From: Legionella sp.
Lineage (GTDB): Bacteria > Pseudomonadota > Gammaproteobacteria > Legionellales > Legionellaceae
Length of the DNA: 64,000 nt
Assembly (NCBI RefSeq): GCF_047605385.1
Contig: NZ_JASGFU010000002.1
Coordinates: forward strand, 19,419 to 83,418
Direction of reading: 5' to 3'
Both the position numbers and the translations under genes were made by a program. Shown here piece after piece: positions 21,193 to 31,653 of the stretch. Under the pieces are notes generated by a model. It searched no databases. It was not told the DNA's origin and saw only the letters and a program-made list of their open reading frames with translations. Within the stretch, counting starts at the first letter, position 1. Every line of letters begins with the position of its first letter.

Positions 21193-21943
21193 AAATTGCT
21201 ACTGCGGCCATGAGTAAAAAACCAATAATAACAAAACTGAAGTCACGAAGATTACAACAGCGCTCCACCATCACACAGCGCTCTAAGCCATGTAAGGTTC
21301 CTAAATAGAGAAAAGTTCCGGCAGAGGCAGCCATAAGAACTGGATCAAAAACGGAATTGGTTTCAACTTCATGGCCAAAATACCAACCAAAATAAATACC
21401 CAGAGGAGTCATCATACTAAATAAAAGAAAAAAGACCAAACTTTGATTGGTTGTCATTGAGCTTTTGTTTAGTTGTACGGCAATGGCAAAACTTTCAGCC
21501 CATTTATGAGTGATAATTGCCAAAAATAGCATGATAATAATGGAATTATAATGTGCTAGACCCAATGCCGCCCCCAACATTACTGAATGTATTGAAAGCA
21601 TTCCCCAAGCCAGCAGCGCAAACGCTGGATGTTCTGCATTTTTGTGGTGATACAGTTCTTTGCCTAAATGTTCAAACCATAGGAAAATTAAAAAAACAGC
21701 GCCTGTGATAATAAATGCAAAAGGATAGTTATAACCCATGGTTTTAAATAAAGCGTTAGCCTCAGGCAACATATGCAGCAAGGCGGCACCTAAGAACACA
21801 CCTGTAGCGAGTGTTTCACCAACAGGAAAATCAATATGTTGCTCCTCTTTGATGCGCTTTTTAAATGGGTACCAGCCTGCAAGCAAGATCACAATAAAAA
21901 TAGAAAATGCAAAAAATATTTTTAAACTGGTAGCACAGACCAT
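21185..21943 (-). CDS. ZIP-family divalent metal (zinc) transporter
   Basis: 252 aa, about 8 TM. His-rich loop (HHKNAEH) and conserved HKWAESFAI helix. Overlaps the maf start by 8 nt. Confidence 0.7.
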   Translation of the reverse strand: MVCATSLKIFFAFSIFIVILLAGWYPFKKRIKEEQHIDFPVGETLATGVFLGAALLHMLPEANALFKTMGYNYPFAFIITGAVFLIFLWFEHLGKELYHHKNAEHPAFALLAWGMLSIHSVMLGAALGLAHYNSIIIMLFLAIITHKWAESFAIAVQLNKSSMTTNQSLVFFLLFSMMTPLGIYFGWYFGHEVETNSVFDPVLMAASAGTFLYLGTLHGLERCVMVERCCNLRDFSFVIIGFLLMAAVAIYV

Positions 21944-21998
21944 GAATGATGCCTATCTTTAAATCAAAATCTTTGGCCACGTAGTTTACCTAAAAAAA

Positions 21999-22125
21999 GA
22001 ATTTTTGTAACTCCCCAGGTATTTAATTGAGCTCATCGGGCTTCCCCTCTCTCCCACGCTGCGCGCGGTGGAGAGAGGGGAAGCCCGATGAGCTCAATTA
22101 AATACCTGGGGAGTTACGAATTTTT
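21999..22125. mobile_element. MITE-like perfect palindromic element (111 bp) with 8-bp direct flanking repeats
   Basis: Arms 22007-22054 and 22070-22117 are 48/48 complementary (checked base by base), with a 15-nt GC-rich loop. GAATTTTT occurs immediately on both sides (21999-22006 and 22118-22125). Confidence 0.7.
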
Positions 22126-23260
22126 AACTACTATGTACCGTTTGATGTAGACTAAACAAGCGGATTTCTTCGATACCGTTACTTTGTTTTAAAGCCATAG
22201 CAACCTGATTATATAATTCTTGCCATTGAGTAAATTGCTCAGTACAAGTGATGTCTATACCTATTTTGCCATCGAGGTAATGTAAATTCCAAAAAAGAAT
22301 TTGTGGAAAATTTTTGTGAACATCACGTAGTATTTCTTCATAAATAGTTTTTCTGCTTGGTAAATTCAATGAAGGGCTGCATGTTTCATCATCTTCTGGG
22401 TCCACGTGAACAATAACGTCTTTAATGCTGTCAATTTGCTCAACAAGCGCTTGATGCACATGTTGAGCAATGTAGTGCCCTTCGGAAACGGAAATTTTTG
22501 GAGATACTAAGATATGTACATCAATTAAGACGTCCTCTCCCATAAAGCGACTGCGTAATTGGTGTATTTTCTTTACACCTGGTACTTTTTGTATAACCTG
22601 TTCAATTTGATTTAATAGCCTGGGCTCTACGGCGGTATCTACTAATTCTTTAATGCTGTTCCAACCATAATCCCAGCCCATTTTTACAATCAATAAAGCC
22701 ACGATGATTGCTGCTACCGTATCAAGATAAGTAAAACCAGCCAAACTGCCAATCAAGCCTATGAAAACGACTAAAGAAGAGGCTGCATCGGAACGGTGAT
22801 GCCAGGCATTGGCAATAATGAGTTTTGAATTGATGTGCTTGCCTACATGTAAGGTATAACGAAAGAGCAGTTCATTGGCAAGAATAGAGATGCAAATGAC
22901 AGGTAATGATTTCCAATTAGGCATAGTAAATGTTTTATGGATGAGTTCATTGATTGAATCCCAGGCAATGCCAAAACCTGCAAGAATAAGTAATAACGAG
23001 AGTAGGAAGGTCGCTGCTGTTTCAATACGTTGATGCCCATAAGGATGAGTATGGTCTGCATCAATGCTTCCGTATTTAGAAGCCAATAAAACCATGCTGT
23101 CAGCTACTAAATCAGAAAAAGAATGCAAGCCATCAGCAACAAGTGCATGCGAATGGAATAAAAAACCACCAATTAATTTAATTACTCCTAAAAACGCGTT
23201 AGAAAAGGCGCCGAGAAGGGTTACCTTTTTAGCATGCCAATATCTGTCTTTTTGAGTCAT
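22124..23260 (-). CDS. cation diffusion facilitator (CDF) family metal efflux transporter
   Basis: ..HSHALVADGLHSFSDLVAD.. and ..HPYGHQRIE.. motifs, six TM segments plus a cytoplasmic C-domain. 378 aa. Confidence 0.85.
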   Translation of the reverse strand: MTQKDRYWHAKKVTLLGAFSNAFLGVIKLIGGFLFHSHALVADGLHSFSDLVADSMVLLASKYGSIDADHTHPYGHQRIETAATFLLSLLLILAGFGIAWDSINELIHKTFTMPNWKSLPVICISILANELLFRYTLHVGKHINSKLIIANAWHHRSDAASSLVVFIGLIGSLAGFTYLDTVAAIIVALLIVKMGWDYGWNSIKELVDTAVEPRLLNQIEQVIQKVPGVKKIHQLRSRFMGEDVLIDVHILVSPKISVSEGHYIAQHVHQALVEQIDSIKDVIVHVDPEDDETCSPSLNLPSRKTIYEEILRDVHKNFPQILFWNLHYLDGKIGIDITCTEQFTQWQELYNQVAMALKQSNGIEEIRLFSLHQTVHSS

Positions 23261-23347
23261 GATTTATTTGGATTTTAAAGTTTAGTCTATTTAAACATGC
23301 TTGAGGCATTAAATGAAGTTTCACAATGTTTTACATGCTATACACAG

Positions 23348-23374
23348 AGTTATCCACAGATTTTGTGGATAACT
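23348..23374. promoter_or_regulatory. inverted pair of perfect DnaA boxes
   Basis: AGTTATCCACA-gattt-TGTGGATAACT. Each arm contains the 9-mer TTATCCACA. A third 8/9 box, ATATTCACA, lies at 23483-23491. Confidence 0.5.
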
Positions 23375-23608
23375 TTATGAGCGAAAATTTGTATTCTATA
23401 GAGCTAACATCCTTGTAAAATAAGGACTTTTCATATTTATCGATGTGATTTGTATTTAAGTTAAGCGAAGTGCTTAGAGAAGATATTCACAGACAAACTT
23501 AAGGCATAAAGAAAGAAAACCTATGTATATTAACTAAAGAAAAAAGTAAAAAACAGTCTTGACGTGATATTTTTTCAAAAAATTTTAGTTTGTTGTTGGC
23601 CTGCAATA

Positions 23609-25771
23609 CTACCCTTGCAAAAACTGTTCAAAATCACCTAGCCAACGTTGCGTAATGAGGCGCGCAGTATCTGGCGATTCAGTGATTAATTTTTTTGCAA
23701 CAGAGGGGAGAAACTCTAATAAATCCCGGTCGCGAGTAAGATTTGCAATTTTAAATTGGCGATAACCGGTTTGCTTTGTACCTAATATTTCACCAGCACC
23801 GCGTAACTCCATATCTTTTTCAGCAATAATGAAACCATCATTTGTAGCACGCATGATTTTCAATCGCTCTGCCCCTTGCTGTGAAAGCGGTGCTTGATAG
23901 AGTAAAATACAGTGTGATTGCGCACCGCCACGCCCCACCCGACCACGTAATTGGTGTAGTTGCGATAACCCAAGACGCTCCGCATTTTCAATAATCATTA
24001 AACTGGCATTGGGCACATCTACACCCACCTCAATTACCGTAGTTGCGACTAATAAGTTAAGCTCACCTGATTTAAATGCCGCCATAGTTGCTTCTTTTTC
24101 TACAGATTTCATCCGCCCATGTACCAAACCAATGGTCGCTTGAGGAAGCTGAGTTTGAAGTACTGCTGCAGTTTCAGTTGCTGCCATGCATTGCAATTTT
24201 TCTGATTCTTCAATCAGAGTACACACCCAATAAATTTGCCGGCCATCAGCAATAGCCACTTGTAGTCGCTCAATGACTGCTTCACGCTTACTCTGACTTA
24301 AAACAGCAGTTGTTACAGGCATACGCCCAGGAGGTAATTCATCAATAATCGAAATATCTAAATGTGCCAAATGAGTCATGGACAAAGTTCTGGGAATAGG
24401 TGTTGCGGTCATCAATAGTTGATGTGGAATCAGTTGCGCTTGCTGCCCTTTTTGCTGCAATAGTAAACGTTGTTCAACACCAAACCGATGTTGCTCATCA
24501 ATAATCACTAAACCCAAATGCGCAAACACAACTTCTTCTTGAAATAAAGCATGGGTGCCAATGATCAATTGGCAACTACCATCTATTAATGCTGCAAAAG
24601 CTGTACGACGTTCGTTGGCTTTCATTTTGCCGCTAAGCCTTAAGATTTTAATTCCTAAAGGTTCCAACCAACGAATCACATTATCGGTATGTTGTTCGCT
24701 GAGTAAATCGGTAGGTGCCATAAAAGCAACTTGTTGGCCATTAGCTATAGCTTGTAGCGCAGCTAAAACGGCAATAATCGTTTTTCCTGCACCAACATCT
24801 CCTTGCACCAAGCGCAACATGGGCTTACTTTGTTTTAAATCATCAGCAATTTCCTGGGCAACTCTTTGTTGTGCTTTAGTTAAGGCAAAGGGAAGGGAAT
24901 CAAGAAAACATTGTTGTAAATCAGCATCAACAGTCAAAATGGGGGCATGGAAGGTGCTGCGTGACTTTCTTGCAAATTGCATACTTAAGTGTTGTGCTAA
25001 TAATTCATCAAAAACTAAACGTTTTAATGCCGGATGCTCACCTTGTTCCAACGCTTTTAGGGAACTATCCGGAGGTGGATTATGCAATAACTTAATCGCA
25101 TCTGCTGCGTGATAAAAGTGTCCATGAGCCAATTCTTCATCACTCATCCATTCGAGTTGCCACAATTGTGCTTCATATTTTTTTAAAGCAGCAGCAACAA
25201 TTTGTCTGATTCGCGTTTGGGTAAGTCCTTGAGTTGCGGGATAAATAGGGGTTAGTGTTTCGTTTACAGTGCACTGTTCTCCTTCTTTCAGCAATTGGTA
25301 TTCAGGATGAGTAATCATCAACTGCCCATTGAATTCACGCACCTCACCAAAAAGATGAATCAGTGCACATTGATTGAGCCCATTTATCTGTTGTTTGTTA
25401 AAGTGAAAAAACTGCAGTCTTAATAAACCTGTTTTGTCTTCAACATAACAGATTAAACGTGCGCGTTTTCCCGGTTTAACTTCCGTTTTACAAACACGTC
25501 CAGCAACAACCGCCCACTCATTAGGGTGTAAATCTTGAATAGGGGTAATTCGTGTACGATCTTGATAACGATAGGGTAAATGAAAGAGCAAATCCTGTAC
25601 GGTATGAATACCGCATTTGGCTAATTTTGCTGCCAGTGTTGGTCCTACACCAGTCAAAGTGTCACAAGCGTTGGAGAGCACAATATTATTTATCGTGAAA
25701 AAATTGATGCTGCAGTGTAACCTGAATTTAAGGTTTAGGACACTACTAAGTAAAATCTTTGCAATTGGCAT
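23609..25771 (-). CDS. recG: ATP-dependent DNA helicase RecG
   Basis: ..LTGVGPTLAAKLAKCGIHTVQDLLFHLPYRYQDRT.., Walker A GDVGAGKT, DEQHRFG, QLHQLRGRVGRG. The start is uncertain (ATG 25771 or 25792). Confidence 0.93.
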   Translation of the reverse strand: MPIAKILLSSVLNLKFRLHCSINFFTINNIVLSNACDTLTGVGPTLAAKLAKCGIHTVQDLLFHLPYRYQDRTRITPIQDLHPNEWAVVAGRVCKTEVKPGKRARLICYVEDKTGLLRLQFFHFNKQQINGLNQCALIHLFGEVREFNGQLMITHPEYQLLKEGEQCTVNETLTPIYPATQGLTQTRIRQIVAAALKKYEAQLWQLEWMSDEELAHGHFYHAADAIKLLHNPPPDSSLKALEQGEHPALKRLVFDELLAQHLSMQFARKSRSTFHAPILTVDADLQQCFLDSLPFALTKAQQRVAQEIADDLKQSKPMLRLVQGDVGAGKTIIAVLAALQAIANGQQVAFMAPTDLLSEQHTDNVIRWLEPLGIKILRLSGKMKANERRTAFAALIDGSCQLIIGTHALFQEEVVFAHLGLVIIDEQHRFGVEQRLLLQQKGQQAQLIPHQLLMTATPIPRTLSMTHLAHLDISIIDELPPGRMPVTTAVLSQSKREAVIERLQVAIADGRQIYWVCTLIEESEKLQCMAATETAAVLQTQLPQATIGLVHGRMKSVEKEATMAAFKSGELNLLVATTVIEVGVDVPNASLMIIENAERLGLSQLHQLRGRVGRGGAQSHCILLYQAPLSQQGAERLKIMRATNDGFIIAEKDMELRGAGEILGTKQTGYRQFKIANLTRDRDLLEFLPSVAKKLITESPDTARLITQRWLGDFEQFLQG

Positions 25772-25815
25772 GAAAAAGCATAATAATCTCATTTTTTTGA
25801 CGGAAAATAAGTAGC

Positions 25816-27576
25816 ATGAAACATACTGTAGAACAACTTTTAAAACAGGCTTTAGCTTCTCTAAAAAATTCTGGCACTGTTTCTACCGATGTGGATGTTG
25901 AGATTAAAGTAGATCACTCAAAAGATTCTGCTCACGGTGACTATGCCAGTAATTTGGCATTGATTTTAGCTAAGCCATGTCGTCAGGAACCACGCCAAAT
26001 TGCTGAGCTTTTAGTGCAGGCACTGCCCGAGGACGCAGCTATTGATAAAGTGGAAATTGCCGGTGCAGGGTTTATTAATTTTTTTATTCGCAGTGATGCT
26101 CGCTCACAAATTATTGCGGATATAGTCCGTAAAGGTAAAGATTTTGGCCGCAGTACTATTGGGCAAAATCAAAAAGTATTGGTGGAATATGTTTCTGCTA
26201 ACCCCACAGGGCCTTTGCACGTAGGTCATGGTCGGAGTGCTGCTTTTGGTGCCACTTTGGTTAATGTTTTAAAAGCTTCAGGTTATGATGTGACTGCGGA
26301 ATATTATGTCAATGATGCTGGGCGTCAAATGAATATTCTAGCAGTGAGCGTATGGTTACGCTATTTAGAATTAGCAGCTGAGCCAGTGGTATTTCCAGCG
26401 AATGCTTATAAAGGTGAATACGTTACCGATATTGCGCAAATACTCTGGGATATGCATGGCACTGAATTTGTTCATCCTTGGTCTGTTGTTCTTCAAGGGA
26501 TGCCGGCAGATGAGCCTGAAGGCGGAGATAAAGAGATTTATATTGATGCGATGATTGACCGCGCCCATGAACTTTTGGGGCAGAAAACTTTTGTGATATT
26601 CCATCAACATGCATTGAATACTGTTTTAGATGATATTAAAGAAGATTTATCTGAATTTGGGGTAATTTATAATAACTGGTTTTCTGAACAATCTTTATTT
26701 GAAAGTGGGGCCATTGAAAAAGGGATTCAAGCACTTAAAGACAGTGGTCACACATTTGAAAAAGAAGGCGCTTTATGGTTTAAGGCGACCGATTTTGGTG
26801 ATGAAAAAGATCGTGTTTTAGTGCGTGCTAATGGCCAAAAAACCTATTTTGCTTCGGATGTGGCTTATCATTGGAACAAGTATGATCGTGGTTTTGATCG
26901 AGTCATTAATATCTTTGGTGCCGATCATCACGGCTACATTACCCGTTTACGTTCTGCAGTAAAAGCGTTAGGACATGATGATAATGCCTTAACGGTGCTG
27001 TTGGTACAATTCGCCATTCTTTATCGTGGTGGTGAGCGTGTGCAAATGTCAACACGTAGCGGTTCTTTTGTGACTTTGCGGGAATTGCGTGAGGAAGTAG
27101 GTAACGATGCTGCACGGTTCTTTTATGTCGCACGTAAATCAGAGCAGCATATGGATTTTGATTTGGATTTAGCAAAATCAGAGTCTAGTGATAATCCGGT
27201 TTATTATGTTCAATATGCACATGCGCGAATTTGTTCGGTATTAAGACAATTAAAAGAGCGTGGTTTGTCTTGGGAGCAAGAGATTGGCCTAGCGAATATT
27301 CATTTATTAGAGCAGACGCATGAAGCAGCGTTAATTGCGTTACTGGCTCGTTATCCTGAAGTTGTTGAATTAGCAGCTTCTGGTTGTGAGCCACATCAAA
27401 TAGCCTACTATTTACGTGATTTGGCTAATGGATTGCATAGTTATTATAATGCCGTCCAGCTCTTATGTGAAAATGAGCAATTACGTTGCGCGCGCTTATG
27501 TTTGCTAGAAGCAGTTCGCTATGTGATTAAAAATGGTTTGGATTTATTGGGCGTAACCGCTCCTGAGAGTATGTAA
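25816..27576 (+). CDS. argS: arginine--tRNA ligase
   Basis: ..[16 protein letters not shown].. (HIGH), ..MSTRSG.. (KMSKS-equivalent). 586 aa. Confidence 0.95.
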   Translation: MKHTVEQLLKQALASLKNSGTVSTDVDVEIKVDHSKDSAHGDYASNLALILAKPCRQEPRQIAELLVQALPEDAAIDKVEIAGAGFINFFIRSDARSQIIADIVRKGKDFGRSTIGQNQKVLVEYVSANPTGPLHVGHGRSAAFGATLVNVLKASGYDVTAEYYVNDAGRQMNILAVSVWLRYLELAAEPVVFPANAYKGEYVTDIAQILWDMHGTEFVHPWSVVLQGMPADEPEGGDKEIYIDAMIDRAHELLGQKTFVIFHQHALNTVLDDIKEDLSEFGVIYNNWFSEQSLFESGAIEKGIQALKDSGHTFEKEGALWFKATDFGDEKDRVLVRANGQKTYFASDVAYHWNKYDRGFDRVINIFGADHHGYITRLRSAVKALGHDDNALTVLLVQFAILYRGGERVQMSTRSGSFVTLRELREEVGNDAARFFYVARKSEQHMDFDLDLAKSESSDNPVYYVQYAHARICSVLRQLKERGLSWEQEIGLANIHLLEQTHEAALIALLARYPEVVELAASGCEPHQIAYYLRDLANGLHSYYNAVQLLCENEQLRCARLCLLEAVRYVIKNGLDLLGVTAPESM

Positions 27577-28268
27577 TGGGAAGACAATACAACAACAGGC
27601 AGTCTACACGCACGCACGCTAGCGCGCCGAATCAGTTTTTAGTGATGACCATAACTTTTTTACTGGGTTATTTTGTTGCGACAGTTTGTGATCTTGAAAC
27701 GATAACAAATTGGATTAATACACAGATTTTGGCTCATCATGAAGGGGAAAAAGCACCAGCACAACCGCAAGAAGCACAACGCCAGGCAGCTATTCCTCCT
27801 AAACCTAAGTTTGAGTTTTATACTTTATTGGCCAATGAAAAGGTGCCAAATTCAGAAAAGCCAGCGGCAGCTACTCATTCGACGGCAGTGCAGACTGCTG
27901 CGGTAAATACCGCAACTACAACAGTTAATAAATCTGGGGTAACTAAGGCGCAATTAGCTGTTGCAATTAAAGTAGCTGAAGCAAAACCAGTGACAGTGAC
28001 ATCACAAATACCAACTTCGGCTTTAGCAGGACGAGGTACCTATTCTGTTCAAGTTGCATCATTTAAAGCACGGCATGATGCAGAGCATATGAAAGGATTG
28101 TTAACACTTAAGGGATTTAATGTGAATGTGGTACCGATTAATCATGCGACTCGTGGTGTGTGGTTCCGGGTAGTTGTTGGACCTTATGCAAATCGTACTT
28201 TGGCACAGAAAGCGCAGATAGATCTTGCCCGTAATGAACGTTTACGTGGGATGTTGACCGCTGGGTAA
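27576..28268 (+). CDS. SPOR-domain cell-division protein (FtsN/DedD-like)
   Basis: N-terminal TM anchor, Pro/Ala/Gln-rich linker, C-terminal SPOR domain (YSVQVASFKARHDAEHMKGLL..WFRVVVGPYANRTLAQKAQ). The start overlaps the argS stop. Confidence 0.75.
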   Translation: MGRQYNNRQSTRTHASAPNQFLVMTITFLLGYFVATVCDLETITNWINTQILAHHEGEKAPAQPQEAQRQAAIPPKPKFEFYTLLANEKVPNSEKPAAATHSTAVQTAAVNTATTTVNKSGVTKAQLAVAIKVAEAKPVTVTSQIPTSALAGRGTYSVQVASFKARHDAEHMKGLLTLKGFNVNVVPINHATRGVWFRVVVGPYANRTLAQKAQIDLARNERLRGMLTAG

Positions 28269-28446
28269 GAGCATTCTGGTGGCTAAAAAACGCTTTTTAG
28301 GGGTCATTAGTTTGAGCTGGATATGCGGGAAAATCTTCTTTTTTGGCTGATGCGGCACTTAGCTATATAGAAGCTCATAAGTAATTGTTTTTATATTATA
28401 ATTCTACAAGCGAATTCTAATTTAGAAGAGGATGAGTATCGTTAGC

Positions 28447-28791
28447 TTACCGTACTATGACCACTTGTATATTTCCCGCATTGTTTACCGCATGTGGCTT
28501 ACTCACTCCAACAATAACCTTAACTACATGAAACTGCTGGTGGATTAACTCAGCTACTTGGTTTGCCACAGTTTCAATTAATTGAAATGATCTGGATTCA
28601 ATAAATTGCGTCACCATCTCGCAAAGTGCTGCATAATCAATGGTCTTACTTAAATCGTCCTCACATCCACTAAAATCAGTTTCAATGCTGATATCTAACA
28701 GCAATTGTTGATTAATACTTTGCTCCCAAGCATAAACCCCAATCCGAGTACTCACACTTAACGCTTTAATACTTAAAGTATCCAATCGCAT
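28447..28791 (-). CDS. folB: dihydroneopterin aldolase
   Basis: 114 aa. ..IGVYAWEQSINQQLLLDISI..DDLSKTIDYAAL.. typical FolB pattern. Confidence 0.8.
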   Translation of the reverse strand: MRLDTLSIKALSVSTRIGVYAWEQSINQQLLLDISIETDFSGCEDDLSKTIDYAALCEMVTQFIESRSFQLIETVANQVAELIHQQFHVVKVIVGVSKPHAVNNAGNIQVVIVR

Positions 28792-28923
28792 TCTACCTAT
28801 TTCTAACTCATGCTGCTTATTGTACCTAAAATTTTATTTTTTCCCAGAGCACTATTCTAGAGTGTGTAAAATTGATAAAGTCTTGGTCTTCTATAAACAA
28901 TAAAATGAGCTAAGCGTCCAGTT

Positions 28924-29979
28924 ATGTATGATTTAAATCAATCTTTATTTTTACGCGCATTAAGACGCCAGCCTGTAGAGCGTACTCCTGTATGGATGAT
29001 GCGTCAGGCGGGACGTTATTTGCCAGAGTATCGCCAGGTGCGAGCACAAGCTGGGGATTTTTTAAGTTTATGTAAAAATCCTGAATTGGCTTGTGAAGTT
29101 ACTTTGCAGCCTTTACGCCGTTATGCGATGGATGCTGCGATCTTGTTTTCTGATATTTTAACTATTCCTGATGCTATGGGGTTGGGCTTATATTTTTCTG
29201 AAGGTGAAGGGCCTTGTTTTAAATATCCAGTGCGGGATTTGGAAGCAATTAAACGTCTTCCTCGTCCTGATATGCGAGAGTCTTTAGGCTATGTGATGGA
29301 TGCCGTTAGTTTAATTCGTCATGAAATGCCAGAACAATTGCCCTTAATTGGTTTTGCTGGCAGTCCTTGGACTTTAGCCTGTTATATGGTAGAAGGTAGA
29401 AGTAGTCGTGATTTTAAGCAGATTTTAAAATTAATTTATACTGAAAAAGAAGCCGCAGATTTGTTATTGCAGCAATTAGCTGTTCTTGTGAGTGATTATC
29501 TCAGTGAACAAATCAAAGCTGGTGTGAATGCAGTGATGATTTTTGATACTTGGGGTGGAATTTTAACTCCTGAAAATTATCAAAATTACTCATTACGCTA
29601 CATGCAACAGATTGTGCAACAGCTCAAGGCAAATTATCCTGAGATACCTGTGATTTTATTTACCAAAAATGGAGGGCAATGGTTAGAACTAATGGCTGAG
29701 ACTGGCTGTGATGCTTTAGGTTTAGATTGGACCTGTGATTTGAGGCAGGCGCGTCAGCGTGTAGGCCATCAAGTTGCTTTACAGGGTAATTTAGATCCTG
29801 CGGTATTATTAAGTTCTCCTTCATGCATTCGTGAACAGGTAAAAAAAGTACTGGTCTCATTTGGGCAAGGTACTGGCCATATATTTAATTTAGGGCACGG
29901 AATTACACCAGATGTACCTCCGGAGCATGTTGCGGTAATGGTGGAAGCAGTTCATGAATTTAGTCCTAGGGTATTATAG
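28924..29979 (+). CDS. hemE: uroporphyrinogen decarboxylase
   Basis: ..[16 protein letters not shown].., ..[14 protein letters not shown].. 351 aa. Confidence 0.95.
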   Translation: MYDLNQSLFLRALRRQPVERTPVWMMRQAGRYLPEYRQVRAQAGDFLSLCKNPELACEVTLQPLRRYAMDAAILFSDILTIPDAMGLGLYFSEGEGPCFKYPVRDLEAIKRLPRPDMRESLGYVMDAVSLIRHEMPEQLPLIGFAGSPWTLACYMVEGRSSRDFKQILKLIYTEKEAADLLLQQLAVLVSDYLSEQIKAGVNAVMIFDTWGGILTPENYQNYSLRYMQQIVQQLKANYPEIPVILFTKNGGQWLELMAETGCDALGLDWTCDLRQARQRVGHQVALQGNLDPAVLLSSPSCIREQVKKVLVSFGQGTGHIFNLGHGITPDVPPEHVAVMVEAVHEFSPRVL

Positions 29980-30081
29980 AGAAGCCGCGTGGGGTTACCA
30001 AGGCTGATACGGGACCTCCTGCAACATTCAGGAGATTCCGGGTGCTATGGCTGGGGGTTGCCCCCATTACAGTGCCCAACC

Positions 30082-31413
30082 TCAGATTCTAAACTGACGA
30101 CTTAATTGTAAGGCCATTTCAATTGATTGTTCATAATTAAGCCTTGGATCAACCAAGCTATGGTAGGCAATTTTCAAATCATCCACTGCTAATCCACGTG
30201 CACCACCGATGCATTCAGTGACATTGTCTCCAGTAAGCTCAAAATGTACACCGCCAAGATAACTGCCCATACCACGATGGATTTCCAGAGCATGTTTCAG
30301 CTCCAGGAGGATATTATCGAAATGTCTGGTTTTAATTCCATCTGCGGTGGTTTCAGTATTCCCATGCATGGGATCGCAAGACCAAGTGACTGGGATCTGA
30401 ATTTTCTTTACTGCTTCAATAAGAGGTGGCAATAGGTGCTCAATCTGTTTTGCACCTAAGCGTGTAAAAAGTAACACTCGACCTTCTTCATGATTAGGGT
30501 TGACAATATTTAAGACCTCTTCCAACCATTGAGGAGTTGCGCTTGGGCCAATTTTAATACCTATTGGATTTTCCACTCCTCGTAAAAACTCTAAATGCGC
30601 ACTTTCAAGTTGTGCTGTTCTCATGCCAATCCACGGTAGATGAGTTGAGAGATTATACCATTTGCCATCATCTAATTGACGAGTTAAAGCTTGCTCATAA
30701 TGCAGATGTAAGGCTTCATGCGAAGTATAAAAATTAACTTTTGACAAATTACTGGATTGAATTCCATCAATGGTCTCCAAAAAGTCCAGTGCATCACCTA
30801 TGGATTTAACCAATAATTGATATTCTTCTTTTTGTTTGGAATGTTCTACAAAGCTTAAGTCCCATTGCTGTGGATGATTTAAATCAGCAAAACCACTGTC
30901 GAGTAATGCACGAATGAAGTTTAAGGTAATTGCAGAGCAGTTATAGGCTTGCAATAATAAGTTAGGATTGGGTTCACGTGCTTGAGGGGTAAATTCTGGA
31001 GAATTGACTAAATCACCGCGATAGCTAGGTAAAATAACCCCATTAATTGTCTCAAAATCTGAAGAACGAGGTTTGGCGTATTGCCCCGCAATACGTCCTA
31101 CACGAATAATCGGTTTACGCATGCCATGTAATAAAATCAAACTCATCTGGAGTATGATTTTCAATTTATTACTGATGATATCGGGCCGACAATCATTAAA
31201 CGATTCTGCACAGTCACCACCTTGGAGAATAAATGTTTCCCCACGACCTGCACGAGCAATTTCATATCTTAAGTGTTTAATTTCACTACTTGTGACTAAT
31301 GGGGGTAAGAGACTTAATTGAGCGACAACGTCTTTTAATTGTGCTTCATCAGCATAAGCCGCAGCTTGCAAATAAGTGCGTTGGAGCCAGGAATTCGGCG
31401 ACCATTCTTGCAT
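30082..31413 (-). CDS. class II (plant-like) 3-deoxy-7-phosphoheptulonate (DAHP) synthase
   Basis: 443 aa. N-terminus ..WSPNSWL..AAAYAD.., ..ILQGGDCAESF.., ..RIAGQYAKPRS.., ..DPMHGNT.. are typical of type II DAHPS. Confidence 0.88.
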   Translation of the reverse strand: MQEWSPNSWLQRTYLQAAAYADEAQLKDVVAQLSLLPPLVTSSEIKHLRYEIARAGRGETFILQGGDCAESFNDCRPDIISNKLKIILQMSLILLHGMRKPIIRVGRIAGQYAKPRSSDFETINGVILPSYRGDLVNSPEFTPQAREPNPNLLLQAYNCSAITLNFIRALLDSGFADLNHPQQWDLSFVEHSKQKEEYQLLVKSIGDALDFLETIDGIQSSNLSKVNFYTSHEALHLHYEQALTRQLDDGKWYNLSTHLPWIGMRTAQLESAHLEFLRGVENPIGIKIGPSATPQWLEEVLNIVNPNHEEGRVLLFTRLGAKQIEHLLPPLIEAVKKIQIPVTWSCDPMHGNTETTADGIKTRHFDNILLELKHALEIHRGMGSYLGGVHFELTGDNVTECIGGARGLAVDDLKIAYHSLVDPRLNYEQSIEMALQLSRQFRI

Positions 31414-31653
31414 AATAAACTCAGATGACTTTTTTGGTGCCTAAGTATGGAATAAATGAACAGATACTGCAAGATACGAGATTATTATATGTCCTATAGC
31501 TATTAATCCAGAGATCAAAAAATATCTTCGCTATCTAAAAGGGCATGGACACTCTAGATAAGTCGCTTTAATCTATTGAACTAATTTTTTACAAAACTTC
31601 AAGCTGTAGTCTAAAATTACACTAAGGTAATTATGTGTTTAGAGGGTGTAGAA

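Noticed and set aside
23261-23608. Chromosomal replication origin (oriC)
   Set aside because: I can see only two perfect DnaA boxes and one imperfect box. There is no array of 13-mer AT-rich unwinding repeats, no GATC clustering, and none of the usual origin-flanking genes (dnaA, dnaN, gidA, mioC, rpmH). It is kept as a DnaA-box finding, not an origin call.
24555-25112. 185-aa ORF on the plus strand inside recG
   Set aside because: It is antisense to a region with unmistakable RecG helicase motifs (GDVGAGKT, DEQHRFG). Its translation is Cys/Ala/Lys-rich and low in complexity, with no motif. This is a typical shadow ORF.
31414-31632. Aromatic-codon leader peptide upstream of the DAHP synthase gene
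   Set aside because: I translated the minus-strand leader. The only trivial ORF is ATG CCC TTT TAG, and there is no Phe/Tyr/Trp run or terminator.
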